Shown here piece by piece: positions 33,493 to 46,457 of a stretch of DNA of 64,000 bases. The translations under genes and the position numbers were made by a program. A model generated the notes under the pieces. The model was not told the origin of the DNA and made no database searches. It saw only the letters and a program-made list of their open reading frames with translations. The first letter of the stretch is position 1. Each line of letters begins with the position of its first letter. This stretch comes from Prorocentrum cordatum (Eukaryota), in contig CAUYUJ010000274.1 in the NCBI GenBank assembly GCA_963575745.1, positions 1-64,000 on the forward strand, given 5' to 3'.

Positions 33493-36289
33493 CCCGACAG
33501 CCCCGAGGCCCCGGGAGGGCGCAGGGAAGGCAGGAGAGCGGCAGGGTGAAAAACCTCCGGGCGCGTGGCCCTCTGGACCCGCCCGCCTCCTGGCGGCAGC
33601 CTCCCCCCCTACCCGCCGTTTGACTACCTACCAAACCACCCCAACTCAACCCGAAGACCCGAATCTCGGGTTGGGGGGGTACGGGCTTCATGTGTGTGTT
33701 CTCAACGTTCCCCGACCCCCCCCAACTGGAAATGGAGGGCAAATTGGGGCCTTCGGGTTGGATTGGGGTGGTTTGGTGGGCGGTGACCGTTGCCCCCGAG
33801 CCCTGGGATCCAACGCTGCGAAGGATGGCCCGCGGGTCGGAAGCAGCAGGCGGAAGCATGAGGCGGGAAGGCAGGCAAAGTAGATTGGGTTGGGCCCTGC
33901 CCAAGGAATAACAGGAACAGCAGACACACATCGAAGTCTCGAAGTGAAGGGGCGCTTGAAACAGATTGGCATTCGGAGATCCCCGAATTCCTGCTTTCAA
34001 CGGCCTGCGTGTACAACACTCGCGCGTTCATTCGTGAGGGGGCGATAAGTGGGCGGGGGAGACTCGAGTAGCTTGTGCCCCTTTTTGGCCCCCAGGGGCC
34101 CCTTTTCGGGCCCTTGTAGGGTACAACAGGTGCACCTCTCTTCCCCCCCCAACAAAAAATGTGTCGCACCTCCACTACTCGACGCGCGAAGCATCGCAGA
34201 AAATCACGACCGGTGCCCTATAGACCCCATCTGTCTGCGGCGTCTTTCGAGCTGGATCGAGCTGTCACGGCCCCGAGGCCCGAACCCGCGCGAGAACGCC
34301 AGGTGCGCAAAAGCATGCAGCGCCCAGCGCTCTCGAGGAAAGCTTGCCGCCGCCGTGCCGCGGAGCTCCTCCCCCACGCTTGCCACTGCGCGGCCGCGCT
34401 GCCCTGCACCTCGGAGAGGGGCGAGCGGAGACAACTCCAGACGTGCGACGTCTCGATTGACTCAATGCGGGGTCCCCGGAAGTCCCCCGGGACCGGCGTT
34501 TCATCCTGAGCTGTTTCTGGACGGTCCCCAGGCCCGGCGAGGGCCCCCCGAGGCCGAAGACAGCTCACGTCCTGATTTGCTTTCGGCGGTGGGACGGCAG
34601 CTCGGAATCGGTCCCCGGGATCCCTGCCAGGGTCCAAGCGCGCCAGGTTCCCGCGCTGCGCCCCGCCGCGGCCACTGAGGGCCCCCCCCCCTCGAAGGCC
34701 AACTGCCGCGGTCTCGACTCGTGGGCGGCTTGGAGGGGGGGGCGTCCCAGGGGGGGGGGGTCGCAAATCACCCAAAGATCCGACGCTCCAACAAAAACTG
34801 GAGCGGCGGGTTTTTGGCCGTTTTCGGCCTTGGGGGCCCTCGCTGGGCCTCGGGACCGTCAGGGACCGTCACAAACCGACTCAGGAGGAAAAACCGGCCC
34901 CGGGGAAGTGGTCCATGCCTCCAGGGCCCACACATCGACAAGAATTGGAGCGGCAGGACGCCTCTGGGCAGGGCCCGAGGGGGGGGCCGCGCCCGAGGCG
35001 GGGAGCAAGGAACGCCATGGAAGAAGCAGAGGGGACCCGTGAGATCCTGGGAGATCTCATGGCACCAGCGACGGTTTCCACTTCCCCATTGGCCTCACCG
35101 GTGGGGCCCGAAACGGTCGGCTCGGCAGCTCACGCCGCATCGCCGACGCATCAACGATGCAATCGGCGACGCCGCATCGAGCCGCGACGCCCCTGCATCG
35201 GCGATGCGGCGCGATGCCCCAACCCCTAGGGGGAAAACAAACCTACCTCGCTTTTGACCACCCTCGCTTCCAAGAGATACCAAACGATGCCAAATTGCAG
35301 CCTGTACTGGTCAGGCCGCTTGACGAGGAGGCGCGTGGTATGGCTTGGTTTTGCCTGGAAGCGAAAGCGGGGTAGGTAATTCACGCTCTGAACCCCGCCT
35401 CCTCCGACCACATCTCGCAATCAGCCCCCCCCCCCAGAGCAAGGACCGACCTTCCCGGCATTCCTGCCGGCCTATTATATCACCAGGTCCTGTTTCGGGG
35501 GCGGCCAAGAGGGGGGCGTCCAAGAGGGAGGGGCGCAAATCATGGCCGGCGGCATATGCGCGGCCCAGGGGGGGCCAGGGACGTACGGCCTGACCTGAGG
35601 AACGATCAATAAGGAACGAAACCCCTTTTTGTCCAAGTAAGTCTACGAAGTCCGAGGGAACACCAGGGGGGCTCGCCGCCAAAAAGGCAGCGGAGCGCAT
35701 GCAAACCAAAGGAAAGATCGAGCTCCTTTTGGAAAGAAAGTTGTCCTTATTCAAGCCGGACCCTGTGGGAGGATAGCCCCTGACAGAACAGAAACGAAAC
35801 AGGACACTGGGGCGGAAGAGAAACAGAACGCGTAGTGTGAGCGAGACCTCAAGCCTTGTTCGGAGAGAATGTGCAACCTGTTGGAAGGGGAGGAGGACAG
35901 TTAAGTACGAGGAGGAGGAGGAGGAGGAGGCTGTCATCTGATCGCTTGGATTCTGCCACCGTGTAGGACATGAAATATGCGTGACGTCGTGACGCTTGTG
36001 ACGCTAGATACGGCGTCCAGTCGGTCGTTGCTGCGCCTGTTGGATCCTGTGGCCAGTCTGACCTCGGCGCGCTCGTCGCGTAAAAGTACGGTCTAATATG
36101 CTATAGTATTCCTCTTCACTGATGTGGTCCCTCCTGTTTAAATATGCTCTGTTATGTTCGCATGTGTGGCTGCATGCTTTCATATGGCATGGTTCGAGAA
36201 GCTCTCTGAGACCGTGAGATGGCATGATATGTTGAGTCATCTTATGCTCGAGCAAGCTCATTTGCTGTTTGAGTGGTGCTCTGTTCGTT

Positions 36290-37600
36290 ATAATGTAGTA
36301 TGGCCTGCTCTCCTATGACATATTGTCTAAGAAGATACATTATATAATGATATATAAAACGAGTTGCCGCAATGGCATCTGTTATAGAACACTAATGTTA
36401 TGGTACACGTGTTACGTCAATGTGCGATGCTGTGCTATGTTGTCGCATGGTTGTATGCTGCAAATGTTTAAAACTATACGATGCTATAATACGCTCATCG
36501 CCGCCGTGGTAACAATGATAAAGCACGCCCAATACGTTTTGTTACGGCATGCTAGGCTGTCCTCTACTATGTTCTGCTATGGCATGATATGCAATGATAT
36601 GTTATGTTGTAATCGGCCATGCGGTCCGTCATGCTCTGCTACGTCATGACATGTTGTGGTATGGTCTGTGTTGTAATGTGTTATTGTGCTACACCGCGCC
36701 GTGCCACGAGATGAGTTGCCGTGTTATCGAATGCTAGGTGCTATGGTGTTGTGGTGTGTGATGTTATGTGCTGGCATGTTATGTTGTGTCATGCTATGGT
36801 ATGATATGACATGGTCTGTTCTGCTATGAGTTGGTACGCTATGGGCTGGTATAATATTTTGTCTATGATCCACTCTGTCAGTGCATGCGTTGTTATGCTG
36901 TGCTATGATAGATTATGATATGACCTGGTATGCACATTTGAGATATGGTATGCGCTGCCATGGTATGGTATGGTCTGTTATGGTATGGCATCATGCTCTG
37001 GTATAATGTGGCATGCTGCGCTCTGCCATGCCATGGTATGGTAAGTGGTTATATGTTATGGTATTATATGGTATGCCATGGTATGATTATGGCATGCCTT
37101 GTTGTGTTGCGATGCGCCTTGTTGTGTTAAAACGTATAGTGGTATGCTATGTAGTAGTGTATGAATGGGCTGTCATTGTATGCGTTGGTATGATGTGGTA
37201 TGGCATGCGATGGTGTGTGATGGAATGGAAAAGTATTACATGTTATGGTACGTCATGGTTTGATAGTGGATTTCATGCTATGGTATGAGGTGGGGTGCTA
37301 CGCATGATGTGCTTTGTATGCTCCACTCTGTCACTGTATACGTTGGTGTGGTGTGCTATGTTATGATATGGTATGTCATGTGATGGTATGGCATGTTGCG
37401 GTATGGTACTATGATACACTATGTCCTGCAGTGTTATAATACGGTATGCCGTGTTATCCCATGGTAATATGTTGCCATGGTATGAACTGATATGGTATGT
37501 GATGTTGCGTATGCTATTAGATGGTATGTGGTGGTGTGTACTATTCTGCTATGTCGTACTATGTTGTATGATGTTATGATGTGTGGTGTTACGCTTCGCT
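36290..37600. repeat. AT-richer degenerate 5-mer (ATGGT/TATGT/ATGCT) satellite
   Basis: Directly visible, with composition distinct from the flanks. Confidence 0.85.
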
Positions 37601-38476
37601 CTGTCAGGCTCTGTCGTGCTCGTCGAAGGGGCGAGGCGGGAGTCTCGGGGGATTCTCAGTTGACCTGGGGATTTGGCGGCCGCGGTATGCAAAGTGGGCG
37701 GGTCGGCGCGAGGCGGGAGTCTCGGGGAACCCTCGGTGGACCTCGGGATCTGGCGGCCGCGGTGTGCACGGTGGGCGGGCCGGGAAGTCTGTTCTAAAAT
37801 CTAACGAACCCGACCTGTCAGATGGGGAACAGGTGTTCTTAGAACACAGACCCGATTGGATAACACAAGACGATCTCAGCCAGAAATGTCCCAAGAGCAC
37901 TGCGTGCAAACCACACACGGCTCTCAGAGCATCCTCTGGTGGGCTCACGGGCAAGCCAGGACGCCTCGCCACTGCTTGACCCTTGCGGAGGAACCAGAAG
38001 GTACCGATACCGCTACTCCCCGGACCTCTCCCCGGGTGCGTTCTGACCAGGATCTCGAGGCGAATCCAGCCGTCGCGACGAGGGCCGCCCAGGAGGCCGA
38101 AAAAGGGAATGAACGAGGGAAGGGTAGCGTTGTGAGTACCTTCCCAAATATCCGACGTCATGACTTTGTCATGACATCGACCCCACAGAGGTCTCGACCC
38201 TTCCCATTGTTTTCGCCCCGAGTCCTTTTTTTTGACGGCCCCGAGGCCCGGGAGGAGCCCCCAGAGGCCCAGAATGGCGAACGACCTCCCGTCGCGGTTT
38301 CCCGTTCATGATTCGAGGGGGCCTGGGTGTTCCTCTTAGGTCGGGCATGTCCTTCTACAGGCGGATCTTGGACGAAAAATCAAAAACATTTAAACATCGC
38401 CCCCTGACTATGTCTTGACTACTCTTGAATTGTCCTCCTGTAAAGGATGTGCCCGACTTAGTACTCCTCATCTGTA

Positions 38477-38690
38477 TTGAGCAGGGACCGACCCTCCTGG
38501 CATCTCTATAGGCCTACCACGAAAGGTTCTTAGAATCCAAGAGATGTTCTCATAGCAAAAAACAATGGCCTTAGAACATAAGCCCGACGCGATGAAACAA
38601 CAGACTCCGTCAGAGTCAGAAACGTTCCAAGCACATGCCGTGGCAACCTCCACAGGCTCTCAGAACCTTGCTTGGTAGAGCGATAGGCCC
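38477..38690. repeat. Dispersed repeat (TTGAGCAGGGACCGACC..CTATAGGCCTACCACGAAA..AGAACATAAGCCCGA); related ~37795-37980 and ~43630-43860
   Basis: Shared motifs across three copies. Confidence 0.65.
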
Positions 38691-39887
38691 CAGACTATTT
38701 CGGGATTATGTTTGGAACATGTTTGCATTATTTTTGGACTACTTTTGGATTATTGGGGGGGGGGTCTTTTTGGACTATTTTTGGATTATCTTTGCACTGC
38801 TTGTTTTGACTATGTTTGGATTCTTTCGCGTGTATTTTTTGTTGCTCGTCGACAGTCCCCCTGCAGGGGGACACGCCCGACTTCCCGGTAGGGCATATGG
38901 GCACGCCAGGACGCTCCGCCGCTGCTCCGCCCTCCTCCTCCTCTCCTCCTCCTCCTCCTCCTCCTCCTCCTCCTCCTACTCCTCCTCCTCCTCGTCCTCC
39001 TCCCTCCTCCTCCTCCTCCTCCTCCTCCTCCTCCTCCTCCTCCTCCTCCTCCTCCTCCTCCTCCTCCCTCCCTCCTCCCTCCTCCTGCGCACCTCCGCCC
39101 GCTCCTGCCTCGGGCGCCGCCGCGCCGCCGCCGCGCGGGGCCGCCGGCGGGCCCGCGCCGAGGGCGGCCCCCGGGGGCCCCGCGGCGGCGGCGGGCGGCT
39201 CCCGGCGCAGCCGCCCGGGGGGCGGCCCAGGGGCGGGAGGGCGGCCAAGCAGCGGCCGCGCGACGAGGCCAAGCGAGAGAGAGAGGCAACGCACTGGGCA
39301 AAAAATCAGGCGCGGAGGCTCTGCGCACCCTTCGGCCCCGAATATATAAGGGGCCCTCGCCGGGCCTCGGGGCCTGGGCAAGAAACGACTCGGGGAGAGA
39401 AACGGGTCCTGGGGAATGGGTCTGCAGCCTTCCGGGGACCGCGTGCTGCAAAAATCACGACGTCGGATCTCTGGGAAGGCGAGGCCAAATTCGGGCGAGG
39501 GTACCTCGAGAATCTCTGAGGTCCAGCGGCTCTGGAGGATGCCTCGGGCGCCGCGGCCTTCTCGGAGCGCCTCGGAGCGCTCGGAGAGCGTTCCGGAACG
39601 CTCTGGCCTCGAGCTGGATCGGCCCGTGAGGGTCCCCGGACCCGAAGCCCGGATCTGAGAAGGCCCGTGCCTCCTCATGCCCAGAGATCCGACGTCGTGA
39701 TTTTTTCAATACGCGGTCCCCGGAAGTCTCGACCCATTCCCCAGGACCGGTTTCTCTTCCCGAGTCGTTTTTTGACGGTCCCGAGGCCCCGCGAGGGCCC
39801 CTAGGGGCCGAAATCGGCGAAAAACCGCCGTCGTGATTTTTTCAATGCGTTGGATCTCTGGGCGGCTGTCGTGGCGACCGCACTCGC

Positions 39888-40070
39888 CGCCCTCCCGAGG
39901 GGCGTGGCCGGCGGGCGGCGGCCGCGGCGGGGCCGCCCAGACGCCCTGCGGCCGCGCCAGGCCCGCCGCGCCCGCCGAGAGGCGCGCGAGGAGCTGCCGC
40001 TCGCAGCCCGGCTGGTCGGCGGCCCGCAGCCGCCAGTGCTCCCCGCGCAGCGCGCCCGCGAGCTGCAGGC
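39888..40070 (-). CDS. TUTase/Cid1-like gene exon 8 in window: (G)LQLAGALRGEHWRLRAADQPGCERQLLARLS...
   Basis: CGAG acceptor and G|GCGAGT donor. In phase with exon 41513-41625 and supplies the helix expected after the NRM loop. Confidence 0.65.
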
Positions 40071-41512
40071 CTCGGCCAGCGCGACGCTCTGCGGCGGACG
40101 GCCGGGCGGCGGCGGCGCGCAGAATTGAAGGGGCCCTGGGACACACACATAGATACATACACACAAAAATAAAACTATTCCCCGTGTTTTCCTCTATATC
40201 TTCTGGGTTTTTTGTCTTCCCCACCACGTCCCATGTTTTCCCATGTCTCCTGGGGGACCGGCGACTCATCGTGTCGGTGTGTTTTTTTTTCCCTCCCGAA
40301 TGATTCGGGCCGGGCGAAACGGGGGGGGAGAAAGCAAAGGGGGGGGGTGAGGATCAGCTCACGTGTACGCAGCTGACTTTCCCGGCGCCCTCCCGGCGCC
40401 GGAGCCGGCGCCCGGGGCCGGCCATGTATATCGAGGAGTGGGCCCCTCGGTGGGGCCGAAACCAGCTGCGTGCCGCAGATTTCGTAACCCCCCCTGTCCC
40501 AATCCCCCCCTTCGTTCCCAGACCCCCTCGAGTAATGAAAAAATCATGACGGGAGGTTTTTCTCAATTTTCGGCCTCCGGGGGCCCTCACCGGGCCTCGG
40601 GAGCGTCAAAAAACGACTCAGGATGCAAAGCCGGTCATGGGGAAAGGGTCGGGACCTCTGGGGGTCGACGTAATGAACAAATCATTACGTCGGGGGTCTG
40701 GGTTCGGCCCGAGCATACGGCGGCCGACGGCCGACGGCAGACGGCGGCGGCGGATGGTCCCCGAGATCCGACGCAGCGAAAAAGTTGCGCGGCCTCGTAC
40801 AAAAATCACGCCCGGAGCCCTGTAGGCACCATCCCTCTGCGCCGTCTGTCGAGCCGGGTCGATCTGCGAGGGTCCCGGGGCCCGAGAGACAGGCGAAGAC
40901 GCCCAGCTCCGCAAAAATGGGGACGCCGGGATCTCAGGGGCGGTGGCCGACGGCCGACGACGGACGGCCGGGCGGTGGCGACGACCGACGGCGGCGACGG
41001 CCGACCGAGCCGACGGCGGACCGCCGAGCAGCGGCGACGGCGGACCGCCGGGCGGCGGGGACGGCGGACGCACGACGGCGGACAGCCGGGCGACGGCGGC
41101 GATGGCGGACGGCGCACGGACGGCGGCGGCCGGCGGCGACGGCGACGGCCGGCGGTGAACGGCGGGCGTCCCCTGAGATCCCAGCGTTGCAATTGTATCA
41201 CAACGGGCGTTCTCGCTCCACTTCGGGCCCCCCGGACCCTCACAGATCGCCCCGACTCGAAACACGACGCAGAAGGATGGGGTCCGCTCCGGCCGTGATT
41301 CCTTGTTGCGCTGTTGCCTTTGTTCTGCAGCGTCGGGTCTCAGGGGGCGCCAGCGACGATGAGGAGGAGGAGGCGGAGGAGGACGAGGAGGAGGAGGAGG
41401 AGGAGGAGGCGGAGGACGAGGAGGAGGAGCAGGAGGAGCAGGAGGAGGAGGAGGAGGAGGAGGAGGAGGAGGAGCAGCAGCAGGAGGGCGGCCATGGAGC
41501 GGCGGCGGCGGC

Positions 41513-41625
41513 CTCTGTCCCCCCGCAGCACGTCGCCCAGGTCGCGCCCCCGCTCGAAGGGGTCCTCCACGTGCAGGCCAGGCCCGGGGCGGCTCGACAG
41601 CTCGGGGAACTCGCGGAGGGGCCTC
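41513..41625 (-). CDS. TUTase/Cid1-like gene exon 7: RPLREFPELSSRPGPGLHVEDPFERGRDLGDVLRGDR (nucleotide recognition motif)
   Basis: LxVEDPFE..RDLG is the PAP-associated NRM. GCAG acceptor and GC donor, phases consistent. Confidence 0.88.
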
Positions 41626-43195
41626 CTGCGCAGGGAGGGCGCGCGCGCGCGAGCCGCCGCCGCGCCCGCCGCGGGGCCACGGCGGGCGCCACGGCACCGG
41701 CGCGCGCGCCCCATCCCCAGACATGATCGCGTCGTGGATCGTCGCCGGGAGGAGGAGGAGGAGGAGGAGGAGGAGGAGGAGGAGGACGACGAGGAAGGAG
41801 GAGGACGAGGAGGAGGAGGAGGAGGAGGAGGAGGAGGAGGAGGAGATGCAGGATGAGGAGGAGGAGGCGGAGGAGGAGGCGGAGGAGGTTTTTGGTTGTT
41901 TCCGGCCTCGGGGGGCCCTCGCCAGGCCTCGGGGCAGTCAAAAACAACTGCGGATGACAAGCTGGTCCCAGGAGGACCAGGACTTCCAGGCCCCGCGCAC
42001 GGAAAAAACAAGACGTCGCATGTCTGGGTCCAGTCGGGGGGGCGTAGGACTCGGGCTCGGGGGGCTCGGGGTTGGCCTGACGGGGCCGTAACGAAAACGA
42101 CGAGGCCCAGTCTGAAATTTGACTCGGGCTCCCGCTGCAAACATCGCACGAGCACTGAACCGTCGAACTCCAGGACGGGCCCGTCAAACAGCGCCGACGG
42201 CGAACTCTAGAAGAAGTAACACCCACAGAAATCTAAACGTTTGGCGCTCCGCGCGGATTTCTTGGATTCCCGCTGGACCCCCCCTCCCTGGCGCGCTCCG
42301 CGCGCCAGGGGCGGCGCCGGAGGCGCCGCCAGGGGGGCCCAGCGCCGATCCAAAATATCCGCGCGGAGCGCCAAAAGTTAATGGTTATGTGGTTGATTCT
42401 TCTTCGAGAGATCGAGGACGTGGTTTCTTTATGCTTTTTGCGCGTGTGTGTGTTTTCACGTTCGAGATTATGTTTTGTGTGGTTGTTTCTTCTTCGAGAA
42501 CTCGAGCCTGACGCTCGAGAAACTCGAGAAATTGGTTTATGTTTTGTGTGTGTGCTTTCTTCTTCGAGTCTGACGGTCGAGCTTATGTTTTATGTGGTGG
42601 CTTCTTCTTCTTCTTCGAGCCGGACGTTCGCGCCGATGTTTTGTATGTATGTGTTTCTTTGTTTGTTTTTTCTCCTTCGAGCCTAACGTTCGAGCTCATG
42701 CTGTGCGTGGCTCGTTTTTCTGCTGCGAGAGCTCCGAGCCCTACGTCTTCCCGATCAGCCTTAGGTCGGGCATGCCCCCATACATGCGGATTCTGGGCGA
42801 CAAACATGCGAGCACCCCAAACATGCCCCAGACATACCCTCAAAATGGTCCGAAAATCGTCCCCAGACTATGTTCTGACTAGTTTTGGAAATTCCTCCTG
42901 CAGAGGGACAGGCCCGACTTAAGATTCGGGAGCGGCCAAGAGGGGGGTGTCCAAGAGGGGGGGTGCAAATCATGACCGGCGGCATGTGCGCGGCCCAGCG
43001 GGGGGGCCAGGAACGCAATGAAATAAGAAGAGGCGCCATGAAATCTGGGGAAATATCATGGCCCACGCCATGATATCCACCCCCCCCTAGTCATCACCAC
43101 CCTCTCTTCCGCCCCCGACACAGAGCCAGGGGGCCCAGGCCTGGGCCGGCACGCGCACACATCTAGGGCCCCCCCCCACCCCCCCTGCGCGGGTC

Positions 43196-43221
43196 CTGCG
43201 CCCGAGCCGCACGGAGACCAC
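43196..43221 (-). CDS. TUTase/Cid1-like gene microexon 6 (26 nt): VVSVRLGR(R)
   Basis: VxSVR motif of the PAP-associated domain. TGAG acceptor and GA donor. Bridges phase 0 to phase 2 exactly. Confidence 0.82.
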
Positions 43222-43464
43222 CTCAGGAGACCGCCCAGCTGTGACGTCCCACCGGTCCAGCGCATTAAAAAAAAAAAACAAAAAAAAAATCGAGACGGGG
43301 GTTTCTCTCGCATCTCGGCCCCAGAGGGCCCTCGCCGGGCCTCGGGGCCGTCGAAAAGCGACTCGGGACGAAAAACCGGTCCTGGGGAATGGGCCGAGAC
43401 TTCTGGGGACCGCGTATTGAACAAAACTCCCGACATCGGATCTCCAGGATCGGGGGATCTTCTG

Positions 43465-43612
43465 GGTCAATCCAGACCCGGGTCAGTCAGGCCTTGCAGA
43501 ATCCTGCAAGGTCCTGCAAGATCCTGCGCGCAAGCCCGGGCCAATGCGACCCAGGCCCGGGAGGATCCTGCAAGGTCGGGCGCTCTGACTGACCCCGTTT
43601 GCATTGACCCCC
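43465..43612. repeat. Dispersed TIR-like repeat (GGGTCAATCC..CAGTCAGGCCTTGCAG..GCGCTCTGACTGACCCC..TGCATTGACCC); second copy 51571-51737
   Basis: Two homologous copies. Confidence 0.7.
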
Positions 43613-44383
43613 CGTCTCCTGAGTCCCGACTTGAGCAGGGACCGACCGTCCCGGCAATCCTATAGGCCTACCACGAAATTTTCTCCGAAACCACGTCATG
43701 TTCTAAGAACCAAGACAGCGTTCTTAGAGCATAAGCCCGATACTTCAAAACAAGGCAGTCTCAGCCAGACATGTTCTGAGAACAGTTCGTGCAAACCTCA
43801 CAAGGTTCGTAGACAATGCTTGGGGAAGCTGATAGGAAAGCCGAGACGCTTCGCCACTTCTCGAGAAATGGGGCCGGAGGATCGCGCTGCGTCGACGATG
43901 CGAAACATCGGGATGGAGAAGACCAGCGCCCGCATCGAGTCGCGTCGCCAATGCATCGCCGATGCGGCGCGATATACGCCGGCCACCCATGCCTTGGCGG
44001 CGGGGGGCACGGGGGGGAAGTGAGAATGGGGGCCTCTCAAGGGCGGCGGGGCTTCTCAGAAGGCCTTAGGGCCTTCTGAGAGGCGTTCCAGGTCTTCGGG
44101 GAAGGTTCGGAACACTTCTTGGGAGGCCATGGGACACTCGAGCCTTCTGAGAAGGCCCGCCCCTTCTCGCTTCACCTCCGTGCTCGCCGCCGGCTTCTGG
44201 CTCCGTCTGGGAAGCCTGGGTCGCCGAAGGCCTTCGGGCCACAGCTCGGGCACCTGGCGGCCCGGCGGCCACTCGGGACGAGTCGGGCACACCCGCAACA
44301 CTGCCTCGACGGGGCGCAGCCGATGAAAACCACCCGGTCCCGAACACCTCGGAGAGCCACGGAACATGTTCGACGCCCCTGCT

Positions 44384-44557
44384 TAGGGCGACGAAATCTA
44401 TACATATCCACTGCTCCCTGGCCAGGCCCATCCTCAACCCCGCAGCGGTGTATACGCCACGCCCTCCTGGCTTGGCCAGGAGGGCGCATACACAGCTCCT
44501 GGGTTCAAGATGGGCATGGTCAGGGAGCAGTGGATATGTATAGATGTCGTCGCCCGA
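44384..44557. mobile_element. 174-bp foldback (hairpin) element with an 18-bp flanking direct repeat
   Basis: The arm TAGGGCGACGAAATCTATACATATCCACTGCTCCCTG pairs with the other end nearly to the centre. ATGTTCGACGCCCCTGCT occurs at 44366-44383 and 44558-44575. Confidence 0.85.
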
Positions 44558-44580
44558 ATGTTCGACGCCCCTGCTGGAAC

Positions 44581-44734
44581 CTCCTCCTGGCCCCAGCCGT
44601 AGGCATCGGCGTAGAAGCGGAAGAACCCGCGGTACAGCGCCGCGGCGGTGGCCTTCGCCGGCCAGGCGCCCTCGCTCCGGGCCCTCTCCGCGGCCGCGGC
44701 GTCGTCCTCGAACGCGGCGTCCAGCTCGCCGCCC
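44581..44734 (-). CDS. TUTase/Cid1-like gene exon 5: GGELDAAFEDD...ATAAALYRGFFRFYADAYGWGQEE
   Basis: LxxGFFRFY...xW begins the PAP-associated domain. AG acceptor and GT donor, phase 2/0. Confidence 0.88.
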
Positions 44735-44765
44735 CTCTGCGGGAGGATCGGAGAGACATAGAAGC

Positions 44766-44910
44766 CAGGGCGGAGCCTCAAACAGTGCGTTTCGTCTTCG
44801 TGCTGGTTTCGTGCTCCCTCGTTTTGCCTGCGCTCCGCCTCGACTGGAGAACGAAGCCAGAACGAAGACGGCCCACGACATCGCCAAATCACCGTCTAGG
44901 TCGAGCCCTG
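44766..44910. mobile_element. hAT-like MITE family C copy
   Basis: CAGGGC...GCCCTG termini; TSD ATAGAAGC/ATACAAGC. Confidence 0.8.
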
Positions 44911-45802
44911 ATACAAGCCTGTTCTTCGGACGTTCCTTGCCAGCCGTGGAGTCGGCGAGCTTCCCTCAGGACCGCAACGGAGGGCTCCCAACTTCGCGCT
45001 CCGCGCTGCGCGAAGCGCGAATTCGCCGGCCCAACGGGCCAGAGGCGTGCTAAGATCTCCGGCAACTACTTAACAATCTTTCTAGCTCGCGCGCGCGGGG
45101 CGGCCCGTGGGGGGGCGGCCCCGGACGAGAAGTACCCTGGCCGATCCCCGGCTGATCCCCAGGCGATCCCCAGGGGGGGGGAGGCTATTCTTCGCCACCC
45201 CTCACGGGGATCGTGGCCTCCGAGGGGGGGGGGGGCTGCCGACGACTACCCCCCCCTCCCGCCCCAGAGGGCCCCCAAGAGCCCCCCGAGAGGCCCCAGG
45301 GGAGCCCAATGCGCCGCCAAGGAGCCCCTAAGACGCTCTCAAGAAGCCCCCAAGACGGCCCCAAGACGGCCCCAAGAAGAAGCCCCAAATAGCGCTCCAC
45401 GGCCGGCGGAAGGAGCGAGGAAAGGGAGCCGAAGCGCGAAGTGCGCAGCGCCAACAACTTCGCGCCCTCGAGGGCGGCGAGGAGCCAGCGCCGCCCCCCA
45501 GGCGGCACTGGTCCGCCGGCCCCCCCCGGTGGTCCTCGGAACGCGTGTCGGCGCCAGCGGCGTGCTTGCCCACCGGAGCCCCTCCGCGCGACGCAAGCGG
45601 CTTTATGAGGGCGGGCACGTGGACCGCGTGCAGCTGAGCGGGGCAGACTTAGGTCGGGCACGTCCTCCGAATTCCAGGGGGATTTTGGGAACAAAATCAA
45701 AATACCCAAAACAAAAACTCAATTGTTTTAATATCCCCAGACTATTGTTCGACTGTTTTTGAATGTTCCTCCTGTAGAGGGACAGGCCCGACTGAAGGGT
45801 AG

Positions 45803-45840
<38 letters not shown>

Positions 45841-46293
45841 ACTGAGCTGACCCAATTCCCGAGGATCTTGGCAGGAGCGAGCCGCAAATGGAACCCTGTG
45901 TGGTGCCACGGGCCGGGGCTGGAATGCGAGACTCCCGAGACGGCTTCTCCGGCCGAACCGAACCAAACCACCACATCATCGGACGTCTGTCCGGGTCTGC
46001 GAAGACCAGGTAGGTGAGGCCATGGCCTCCTTTAGACATGCAGACATGCACAGGAACTGCAGGGACTGCTTCTCGGACTGCAGGGACATGATACAACAGA
46101 GAGAGAGCACGAGCCACTCGCTGCCGGGAGCGGCCCCTCGCCGGCAGCCAAGAGGGGCTGCCTGGGCGGACGCCGTGCATGGGTGGTGGAGCCTGGGGCC
46201 TGGGGTGCATCCGAACACGAGCCGATCACGATCCCGCCGGCCCCCCACCCGGGGGCCAACAGGCTGCGAGGGGCGGAGGGTTGTCCGGTCTCC

Positions 46294-46457
46294 TTTGGGT
46301 TTGGGTTAAGGGTTAAGGGTTAAGGGTTAAGGGTTGAGGGTTAAGGGTTTGGGTTAAGGGTTTGGGTTAAGGGTTTGGGTTAGGGTTTGGGTTAGGGTTA
46401 CGGTTTGGGTTCGGGTTCGGGTTAGGGTTAGGGTTTGGGTTCGGGTTAGGGTTAGGG
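46294..46457 (+). repeat. Interstitial telomere-like array (TTAAGGG/TTAGGG/TTTGGG/TTCGGG)
   Basis: About 25 G3-spaced units directly visible. Confidence 0.85.

Noticed and set aside
39090..39275. Very GC-rich exon-like stretch (also 19900-19990 and 58060-58215)
   Set aside because: No motif and, at 39.2k, no suitable AG acceptor. Similar GC-rich sequence is clearly intronic elsewhere.
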